Assembly: GCF_000021865.1 (NCBI RefSeq)
Contig: NC_014034.1
Span: 3,000,001-3,032,000, forward strand
Length of the DNA stretch: 32,000 nucleotides
Direction of reading: 5' to 3'
From: Rhodobacter capsulatus SB 1003
GTDB taxonomy: Bacteria; Pseudomonadota; Alphaproteobacteria; Rhodobacterales; Rhodobacteraceae
Program-made: the position numbers and the translations under genes
Notes under the pieces: generated by a model
Told to the model about the DNA's origin: nothing
The model's input: the letters and a program-made list of their open reading frames with translations, nothing else
Database searches by the model: none
Shown: positions 1-6,504 of the stretch, one piece after another
Numbering within the stretch: the stretch's first letter is position 1
Layout of the letters: the number at the start of each line of letters is the position of its first letter

Positions 1-24
1 GCCCGCAGGCAGAAGGTGAAGACG

Positions 25-264
25 ATGCAAGCTCCGAACAAACTTTTCGACGAGATGTCGAAGCTGATGACCAATGCGATGGGCGTGGCGCAGGGCGCCA
101 AGACCGAGGCGGAAACGGCGATGAAAAGCTGGATGGACCGCTGGATGGCGGATCGCGATTTCGTCACCCGCGAGGAATTCGACGCGGTGAAGGCGATGGC
201 CGCGAAAGCGCGCGAGGAAAACGAGGCGCTGAAGGCGCGTCTCGACGCGCTGGAAGCGAAGTAA
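25..264 (+). CDS. ubiK: UbiK-family accessory factor (small coiled-coil BMFP-type protein)
   Basis: ORF 16..264. The product MQAPNKLFDEMSKLM...EENEALKARLDALEAK has the size and coiled-coil C-terminus of the UbiK/YqiC family. The ATG at 25 is preceded by GAAGGTG (12-18); the GTG at 16 is an alternative start. A hairpin terminator follows. Confidence 0.75.
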   Translation: MQAPNKLFDEMSKLMTNAMGVAQGAKTEAETAMKSWMDRWMADRDFVTREEFDAVKAMAAKAREENEALKARLDALEAK

Positions 265-294
265 GCTTTCGGCTTCTTCCCGGGAAAGATACGC

Positions 295-324
295 CCGCCG
301 AAGGTTCGCGCCTTCGGCGGTTTT
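295..324 (+). terminator. Rho-independent terminator of the ubiK-like gene
   Basis: CCGCCGAAGG (295-304), loop TTCGCG, CCTTCGGCGG (311-320), followed by TTTT (321-324). Confidence 0.8.
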
Positions 325-344
325 GCTTTGATCGGTCCCTTCGG

Positions 345-552
345 GCGGATCAGGAAAGGCACCGCCTTTCCCCGCCCGCGGCACGACGCGGATGAAACGA
401 CCGCATCCCCGAGCACGACGAGAGGCCAGCGCCCAGCCCCGGCGGGCGAGAAGCGCCCGCCATGGGCGGGGCGGGCGCTGGCCGGGACGCTTTGGCGCCC
501 CGGCGGTCACGGGACATCTGTTTCGCATGGCCTCGGCGATGGCCGAGGCCAG
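345..552 (-). repeat. GC-rich structured intergenic repeat, family B, copy 1 (reverse orientation relative to copy 2 at 8283-8486)
   Basis: The reverse complement of 436-480 is identical over 45 nt to 8352-8396. Weaker similarity with indels extends about 200 bp. It contains hairpins 529-537/542-550 and 482-490/495-503. There is no consistent reading frame. Confidence 0.7.
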
Positions 553-559
553 ATCAGCG

Positions 560-862
560 TCACTTCAGCGCCACATCCTGCGCCAGCCCGCCATCGGGGC
601 GATAGACCAGCACCCGGCCGCTTTCCGTCACAACCACGGTAAAGCCCCGCCCGAAGGTCACGGCCTCGGCCTTTTCCCCCGCGGGGAGCGTGATCGCAGC
701 GGGCAGCGCGGGCAGTTTCGTCGCCCCCGGCAGGCGGGTGACAAGCAGGAAGATGATCGTTAGAAGGCCGAAGATCATCACCCCCGCAAGGGTGGTGGTG
801 AGAATCTTCAGAAACTTCACCTCGGGCGGCGGCGCCGGATCGGAAGGCATCATGTCGGACAT
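560..862 (-). CDS. Small single-pass membrane protein of unknown function (about 100 aa)
   Basis: In ORF 560..1021 the internal ATG at 862 is preceded by AGGAGG (872-877, spacing 9). The product MSDMMPSDPAPPPEVKFLKILTTTLAGVMIFGLLTIIFLLVTRL has one clear TM helix followed by a beta-rich tail. The upstream 53 codons are Ser/Arg/Ala-rich and overlap rluD. Confidence 0.6.
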   Translation of the reverse strand: MSDMMPSDPAPPPEVKFLKILTTTLAGVMIFGLLTIIFLLVTRLPGATKLPALPAAITLPAGEKAEAVTFGRGFTVVVTESGRVLVYRPDGGLAQDVALK

Positions 863-1895
863 CGCGGCACACCTCCTGCGCATCGAAATCGGCGAAGACC
901 CCGCCGAGCGGCTTGATAAGGCATTGGCGGCGCTTGTGCCAGAAGAAGCGGCGCTGTCGCGCTCGCGTCTGGCCCGGCTGATCGCCGAGGGCGCGGTGAC
1001 ACGGGACGGCGTCGCGATCACCGATCAGAAGGCCAAGGTCGCCCCGGGCGAGGTCTACATGATCGCGGTTGAGCCGCCCCGCGCGGTCGAAACCCTGGCG
1101 CAGGACATTCCGCTGACCGTGCTTTGGGAAGACGAGGACCTGATCGTGATCGACAAGCCCGCGGGGATGGTGGTGCATCCGGCGCCCGGCTCCGAGGACG
1201 GCACGCTCGTCAATGCGCTGCTTCATCATTTCGGCGGCAGGCTGTCGGGCATCGGCGGCGAGGCGCGGCCGGGCATCGTGCACCGGATCGACAAGGAAAC
1301 CTCGGGCCTGCTCGTCGTGGCGAAATCCGACCGCGCGCATCACGGCCTTGCGGCGCAATTCGAGAAACACACGGTGCACCGCCATTACACCGCGCTGGTG
1401 CAGGGCGTGCCCTCTGCCGCCGATCCGCGGCTGCGCGGCATCCGCGGGGTGAATTTCGAACAGGGCGGCATCCTGAAGATCACCTCGCAGCTCGCCCGCC
1501 ACCCGACCGACCGGCAGCGCCAGGCGGTGCTGTTCACCGGCGGGCGCCATGCGGTGACCCGCGCCCGCACGGTCGAGGCCTTTGGCGGCGTCGCGGCCTT
1601 GATGGATTGCTGGCTCGAAACCGGGCGCACGCATCAGATCCGGGTGCATATGGCGCATGTGGGGCATGGGCTGGTGGGCGATCCGACCTATGGCGGCAAG
1701 CGGAAACTCTCGGTCCGCGCGGTCGGTGCCGCCGCGGCCGAGGCGGTGGCCAATTTCCCCCGTCAGGCGCTGCATGCGACGACGCTGGGCTTTACCCATC
1801 CGGTCACCGGCGAGGAGCTCAGCTTCACCTCCCCCCTGCCCGAAGATTTCGAGGCGCTGCTGGCAACCTTGCGCGCCGGGCCGCAGATCACCTGA
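852..1895 (+). CDS. rluD: RluA-family 23S rRNA pseudouridine synthase (RluD-like)
   Basis: ORF 690..1895, with the start taken at ATG 852 (MSDIAAHLL..., GGAAGG 843-848). It has an N-terminal S4-like segment (RLDKALAA...SRSRLARLI) and the catalytic motif HRIDKETSGLLVVAK. Confidence 0.88.
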   Translation: MSDIAAHLLRIEIGEDPAERLDKALAALVPEEAALSRSRLARLIAEGAVTRDGVAITDQKAKVAPGEVYMIAVEPPRAVETLAQDIPLTVLWEDEDLIVIDKPAGMVVHPAPGSEDGTLVNALLHHFGGRLSGIGGEARPGIVHRIDKETSGLLVVAKSDRAHHGLAAQFEKHTVHRHYTALVQGVPSAADPRLRGIRGVNFEQGGILKITSQLARHPTDRQRQAVLFTGGRHAVTRARTVEAFGGVAALMDCWLETGRTHQIRVHMAHVGHGLVGDPTYGGKRKLSVRAVGAAAAEAVANFPRQALHATTLGFTHPVTGEELSFTSPLPEDFEALLATLRAGPQIT

Positions 1896-1978
1896 TCTCA
1901 CGCTTGCGTCATCAGTGCTTGCCCGGCGCCGGATTCCGGCCCATCCTGCGTTCATCCCCATGACCGGCGGCCGAACCC

Positions 1979-2007
1979 CTTGAAAGGGCAGGCCTCCTTC
2001 CCCATCT
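1979..2007 (+). promoter_or_regulatory. Sigma-32 (RpoH)-type promoter upstream of rpoH
   Basis: CTTGAAA (1979-1985), a 14-nt spacer, then CCCCATCT (2000-2007). This is a near-perfect match to the CTTGAAA-N13-15-CCCCATNT heat-shock promoter consensus, 25 nt upstream of the rpoH ATG. Confidence 0.6.
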
Positions 2008-2031
2008 GGGGCCCGAAGGGAGACTGAACCG

Positions 2032-2931
2032 ATGTCGAGCTATGCCAACCTGCCAGCCCCCAGCCCCGAACAGGGTCTGAACCGCTATCTGCAGGAAATC
2101 CGCAAGTTTCCGCTTCTGGAACCGGAAGAGGAATACATGCTGGCCAAGGCCTGGGTCGATCATCAGGACCCGAAAGCCGCGCATCGGCTGGTGACCTCGC
2201 ACCTGCGGCTGGCGGCAAAGATCGCCATGGGCTATCGCGGCTACGGCCTGCCGCAGGCCGAGGTGATTTCCGAGGCGAATGTGGGCCTGATGCAGGCGGT
2301 GAAACGCTTCGACCCGGAACGCGGCTTCCGGCTGGCGACCTATGCGATGTGGTGGATCCGCGCCGCGATCCAGGAATACATCCTGCGCTCGTGGTCCCTG
2401 GTGAAGCTGGGCACCACCTCGGCGCAAAAGAAGCTCTTCTTCAACCTGCGCAAGGCGAAATCGAAGATCGGCGCGCTGGACGAGGGCGATCTGCGCCCCG
2501 ATGCGGTGGCGAAGATCGCGCATGATCTGAACGTCAGCGAAGACGACGTGATCGAGATGAACCGCCGTCTGGCGGGGTCGGATGCGTCCTTGAACGCGCA
2601 GGTGGGCGCCAGCGATGGCGAAAGCGCCACGCAATGGCAGGATTGGCTCGAGGACGAGGATGCCGATCAGGCCGAGGCCTATGCCGAGGCCGACGAATTG
2701 CAGGCCCGCCGCGCGATGCTGGTCGCGGCAATGGATGTGCTGAACGAACGCGAACGCGACATCCTGATGGCGCGGCGGCTGCGTGACGAGCCGGTGACGC
2801 TCGAGGAACTCTCGTCGCAATATGACGTCAGCCGCGAACGCATCCGGCAGATCGAGGTCCGGGCGTTTGAAAAGCTGCAGGGCCGGATGAAGGCGCTGGC
2901 CAAGGAAAAGGGCATGAGCCTGCCGGGCTGA
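2032..2931 (+). CDS. rpoH: RNA polymerase sigma-32 heat-shock sigma factor RpoH
   Basis: 299 aa. It carries the RpoH box QKKLFFNLRKAK, sigma-70 region 2 (YMLAKAW..., WWIRAAIQEYI) and region 4 (SRERIRQIEVRAFEKL). A GGGAG SD lies upstream. Confidence 0.95.
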   Translation: MSSYANLPAPSPEQGLNRYLQEIRKFPLLEPEEEYMLAKAWVDHQDPKAAHRLVTSHLRLAAKIAMGYRGYGLPQAEVISEANVGLMQAVKRFDPERGFRLATYAMWWIRAAIQEYILRSWSLVKLGTTSAQKKLFFNLRKAKSKIGALDEGDLRPDAVAKIAHDLNVSEDDVIEMNRRLAGSDASLNAQVGASDGESATQWQDWLEDEDADQAEAYAEADELQARRAMLVAAMDVLNERERDILMARRLRDEPVTLEELSSQYDVSRERIRQIEVRAFEKLQGRMKALAKEKGMSLPG

Positions 2932-2982
2932 CATTGCCCGCCCCGGCCCCGCGCGCTAGCTTGGGGCCAAAGGGAGAGGACC

Positions 2983-3954
2983 ATGCAGCCAGTCAATTTC
3001 GGAATTCTCGGCGCGTCGGATTTCGCGGCGCGCCGGATGGGGCCTGCGCTCCATGCGGCGCGGGGCGCGCGTCTGGCGGCGCTGGCGACATCCAGCCCCG
3101 CGAAAGCTACGGCCTTCACCGCCTTCGCCCCCGATCTGACCCTGCATGAGAGCTACGAGGCGCTGCTGGCCGATCCCGCGATCGAGGCGGTCTATATCCC
3201 GCTTCCGAACCATCTGCATGTGGACTGGGGGATCAGGGCGCTTCAGGCGGGCAAGCATGTGCTGATCGAAAAGCCGCTGGCCCTGCGGGCCGAGGAGATC
3301 GACCCGCTGATCGCCGCCCGCGACGCCAGCGGCAAATGCGCGGCCGAGGCCTATATGATCGTGCATCACCCGCAATGGCAGCTGGCGCGGCGCTGGCTCG
3401 ACGAGGGCCGGATCGGGCGGCTGAAACATGCCGATGTCGTGTTCTGCTTCGACAACCCCGACCCGGGGAACATCCGCAACCGCGCCGAGACCGGCGGCGG
3501 CTCGATCCCCGATATCGGCGTCTATGCCTATTCCTCGATCCGCTTCGCGGCGCGGGCGGAACCGGTGCGGCTTGCGTCGCGGATCAAACGCGAGAACGGC
3601 GTCGACACGTTCGCCCAGGTCTGGGGCGAGATGGCGGGCCCGGGCGGGGAGTTCACCTTTGCCGCGATGACCTCGACCCGGCTTTTCCCGCGCCAGGAGG
3701 TGACCTTGCAGGGCGAGACCGGCCGGATCACCTTTACGGCCCCGTTCAACGCCGCCGCCTTCGATCAGGCCGAGATCACCTTGCACGGCATGAGCAGCAC
3801 CGAAACCCACCGCTTCCCCGGGGTGAACCAATATGTGCTGCAGGTCGAAGCCTTTGCCCGCCACATCCGCGACGGCGAACCCTTCCTCTGGACGCTGGAA
3901 GAGGCGCGCAAGGGACAGGCGATGATCGATCTGGTGCGCGCGGGCGAGATCTGA
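2983..3954 (+). CDS. Gfo/Idh/MocA-family NAD(P)-dependent oxidoreductase
   Basis: 323 aa. It has an N-terminal Rossmann segment (NFGILGASDFAARR) and the EKPLA motif (HVLIEKPLALRAEE). AGGGAGAGG SD lies before the ATG. Confidence 0.85.
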   Translation: MQPVNFGILGASDFAARRMGPALHAARGARLAALATSSPAKATAFTAFAPDLTLHESYEALLADPAIEAVYIPLPNHLHVDWGIRALQAGKHVLIEKPLALRAEEIDPLIAARDASGKCAAEAYMIVHHPQWQLARRWLDEGRIGRLKHADVVFCFDNPDPGNIRNRAETGGGSIPDIGVYAYSSIRFAARAEPVRLASRIKRENGVDTFAQVWGEMAGPGGEFTFAAMTSTRLFPRQEVTLQGETGRITFTAPFNAAAFDQAEITLHGMSSTETHRFPGVNQYVLQVEAFARHIRDGEPFLWTLEEARKGQAMIDLVRAGEI

Positions 3955-3963
3955 GGGCAAGGC

Positions 3964-4121
3964 GGGGGGCGCTGCCCCCCTCTTGGCCTGACGGCCAATT
4001 CACCCCCCGGGATATTTGGACCAAGGTGAAAGCAGATCCCGGTTTGCCTTTCACCTTGGCGCAAATATCCCGGGGGGAGTCCCGCGGGGACGGGGGGCAG
4101 AGCCCCCCTGCCCCCCTGGGG
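3964..4121 (+). repeat. Nested-palindrome intergenic repeat, family A, copy 1 (MITE/REP-like; likely bidirectional terminator)
   Basis: Modules: GGGGGGC-GCT-GCCCCCC (3964-3980). A large inverted repeat CCCCCCGGGATATTTGGACCAAGGTGAAAG...CTTTCACCTTGGCGCAAATATCCCGGGGGG (4003-4077). Then GGGGGGCAGAGCCCCCC (4092-4108). The same module order recurs at 11212-11337. Confidence 0.8.
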
Positions 4122-4129
4122 CCGAGCGC

Positions 4130-4630
4130 TCAGGCGTGTTTGGCGAGCCGCTCTTCGAGCACGTCGAAGGGCACGCCGGGGTCGTCCTTGGCGCAGCGGA
4201 TGACGAGCGAGGTCTTCACGCTTGCCACATTCTCGGCTGCGGTCAGCTGCCCGGTCAGGAAATTCTGGAACGTGCTCAGATCCGGCGCCGCGCATTTCAG
4301 CACGAAGTCGATCTCGCCGTTCAGCATGTGGCATTCGCGCACCAAGGGCCAGGCCTGGCAGCGGCGCTCAAACGCGCTCAGATCCGTTTCCGCCTGGCTG
4401 TGCAGCCGCACCATCGCGAAGACCTGCACCTCGAAGCCCAGCTCGCGCGGGTTCACATCGGCGTGATAGCCGCGAATGTAGCCCGCCTCTTCCAGCGTGC
4501 GCACCCGCCGCAGGCAGGGCGGTGCCGAAATGCCGACGCGCTTGGCCAATTCGACGTTCGTCATCCGGCCATCCGCCTGCAGCTCGGCCAGAATCTTCCG
4601 GTCGATCTCGTCGAGCTTGCTCGTGCCCAT
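4130..4630 (-). CDS. lrp: Lrp/AsnC-family transcriptional regulator
   Basis: The ATG at 4630 is preceded by GGAGG. The product [52 protein letters not shown] has the HTH plus the RAM/AsnC C-terminal domain. The longer 203-aa ORF start was rejected. Confidence 0.92.
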   Translation of the reverse strand: MGTSKLDEIDRKILAELQADGRMTNVELAKRVGISAPPCLRRVRTLEEAGYIRGYHADVNPRELGFEVQVFAMVRLHSQAETDLSAFERRCQAWPLVRECHMLNGEIDFVLKCAAPDLSTFQNFLTGQLTAAENVASVKTSLVIRCAKDDPGVPFDVLEERLAKHA

Positions 4631-4814
4631 GCCGAACCTCCTTGGCTGCGCAAACCTTATCTTCCAGCGCCAAGCTGCGCAATATTGTTTCGCCCTTTCG
4701 GGCGCAAGCGCAATCGCCCGGGAAAGCCCCGGGTGCGACACAGCGGTGCCGCGCGGGGGTTTTCCCGGGCCTGTCTGCTGCTTATATGAGCGGCGTCACA
4801 ACAGGAGTTCCGGC

Positions 4815-5756
4815 ATGAGCGACACGAAGCATACGAAGGTTCTGATCATCGGGTCGGGGCCGGCCGGCTATACGGCCGCGGTCTATGCCTCGCGCGCGAT
4901 GCTGAAGCCGATCCTCGTGCAGGGGATGCAGCCGGGCGGGCAGCTGACGATCACCACCGAGGTGGAAAACTGGCCCGGCCGCACCGAGGTGCAGGGGCCG
5001 GAGCTGATGGTGCAGATGGAAGAACATGCCCGCGCGATGGGCGCCGAGGTCATCACCGACATCATCACCAAACTGGATCTGGGCACCCGGCCCTTTGTCG
5101 CGACGGGCGACTCGGGCACGGTCTATACTGCGGACACGGTCATTCTGGCCACCGGGGCGCAGGCGCGCTGGCTTGGCCTGCCGTCGGAGCAGAAATTCCA
5201 GGGCTTCGGCGTCTCGGCCTGCGCCACCTGCGACGGGTTCTTCTATCGCGGCAAGGAGGTCGTGGTGGTCGGCGGCGGCAATGCGGCGGTCGAGGAGGCG
5301 ATGTTCCTGACCAATTTCGCGTCGAAGGTCACCGTGATCCACCGCCGCGACAGTTTCCGCGCCGAAAAGATCCTGATCGAGCGGCTGAAGAAGAACCCGA
5401 AGATCGAGGTGATCTGGAATGCCACGGTCGAGGAGGTGCTGGGCACCGAGGCGCCTTTGGGCGTCACCGGCTGCCGCATCAGGGACGTGCAGACCGGGGC
5501 CGAACGCGAGATCCCCTGCCACGGTTTCTTTGTCGCCATCGGCCATGCGCCCGCCTCGGAGCTGGTCAAGGACCAGCTCGAGCTGCATCACGGCGGCTAT
5601 GTGAAGGTGGAACCGGGCACGACCCGCACCGGCATTCCGGGCGTCTTTGCCGCGGGCGATCTGACCGATCACACCTATCGGCAGGCGATCACCTCGGCGG
5701 GGATGGGCTGCATGGCGGCGCTCGATGCCGAACGCTGGCTGGCCGAACAGGGCTGA
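4815..5756 (+). CDS. trxB: Thioredoxin-disulfide reductase
   Basis: ATG at 4815 after AGGAG (4803-4807). Motifs: [10 protein letters not shown] (FAD), the redox [16 protein letters not shown] (NADPH) and a C-terminal [11 protein letters not shown]. Confidence 0.95.
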   Translation: MSDTKHTKVLIIGSGPAGYTAAVYASRAMLKPILVQGMQPGGQLTITTEVENWPGRTEVQGPELMVQMEEHARAMGAEVITDIITKLDLGTRPFVATGDSGTVYTADTVILATGAQARWLGLPSEQKFQGFGVSACATCDGFFYRGKEVVVVGGGNAAVEEAMFLTNFASKVTVIHRRDSFRAEKILIERLKKNPKIEVIWNATVEEVLGTEAPLGVTGCRIRDVQTGAEREIPCHGFFVAIGHAPASELVKDQLELHHGGYVKVEPGTTRTGIPGVFAAGDLTDHTYRQAITSAGMGCMAALDAERWLAEQG

Positions 5757-5765
5757 GGCGCAACG

Positions 5766-5794
5766 AAAAGGGCCGCCCGAGGGCGGCCCGTTTC
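5766..5794. terminator. Bidirectional hairpin terminator between trxB and the convergent membrane-protein gene
   Basis: AAAA GGGCCGCC-CGAG-GGCGGCCC GTTT. A GC stem is flanked by an A-run and a T-run in a 52-nt convergent gap. Confidence 0.75.
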
Positions 5795-5808
5795 AGACTG
5801 TGACAGGC

Positions 5809-6264
5809 TCAGGCCGCGACGGCCTTGGCCTTCAGTTTCGCCTTGGCCTTTTCCTTGGCGCGGATCTGCGAGCGTTTGATCGCATCGGCGATCCCCACGA
5901 CCATCGAGATCACCAGAGCCGCCGAGAGCGTTTCGGCGAAGCTGGCCGGGCCGTAGAGCTGGAACATTTCCATCGGCATCGGCGCATAGTTCCACAGCGC
6001 GACCAGCGACAGGCCGACCACGAAGATCCACGAGACGATCCCCGCCGCCAGCACGTTGAAGCGGGACACCAGCATCCGCATCGCCAGCGCGAAGACAAGA
6101 CACCAGGCAGCCCATTTCATCATGTCGTCGGGATAGGCCATCCCGAGCGTGCTGTAGTATTCTTCCCACTGGCTTTTCAGCCAGACCTGATTGATGCCGT
6201 ACTCGCAACCGGAGATCCACACCCAACCGGCAATGATAGGCGTCAGACTTGATTTCAGACCCAT
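5809..6264 (-). CDS. Integral membrane protein of unknown function (about 4 TM helices, Lys/Ala-rich C-terminal tail)
   Basis: 151 aa. The ATG at 6264 is preceded by GGGGAAG. It has hydrophobic helices (IIAGWVWISG, WAAWCLVFALAM, VLAAGIVSWIFVVGLSLVAL, LSAALVISMVVGI) and the tail KEKAKAKLKAKAVAA. I recognise no family. Confidence 0.6.
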   Translation of the reverse strand: MGLKSSLTPIIAGWVWISGCEYGINQVWLKSQWEEYYSTLGMAYPDDMMKWAAWCLVFALAMRMLVSRFNVLAAGIVSWIFVVGLSLVALWNYAPMPMEMFQLYGPASFAETLSAALVISMVVGIADAIKRSQIRAKEKAKAKLKAKAVAA

Positions 6265-6504
6265 GACTTCCCCTCAAAGCAAACTTCGGGGCACGATAGC
6301 ACCGCTTCGGACCGCAACAAACGGCGTGGATTGACGCAGTTTGCAGAAACTTCGTTCCGGCCTTCGGCACAAACGCACCAAAACCGCCTTCTTTCACCGG
6401 GCACCCCCGGCTTTTGCTTGAAAAACGCCCTATTTGCGGGCAAAGCCGCGCCCAAGCGCCGGTGTGGCGCGGCGGTTAGCCCTCGAAAAAAAGCAGGTCA
6501 AGCG

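Noticed and set aside
507-1961. A 484-aa ORF antisense to rluD.
   Set aside because: The composition is Arg/Gly/Ala/His/Pro-rich with no recognisable motifs. It fully overlaps a gene with clear catalytic motifs on the other strand. This is the typical shadow ORF of a high-GC genome.
4016-4789. Small or long ORFs initiating inside the family-A repeats, e.g. MDQGESRSRFAFHLGANIPGG... here and MKTTPFHLGTIVPGG... at 11255-11467.
   Set aside because: The shared peptide-like strings are a by-product of the conserved palindromic DNA. The ORFs then run antisense into neighbouring real genes (lrp and the hydrolase).
6331-6504. An N-terminal extension of sat-cysC from the longest-ORF start.
   Set aside because: The extension (…QNRLLSPGTPGFCLKNALFAGKAAPKRRCGAAVSPRKK) is not coding-like and is absent from Sat homologues as I know them. 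The conserved N-terminus begins at ATG 6505.
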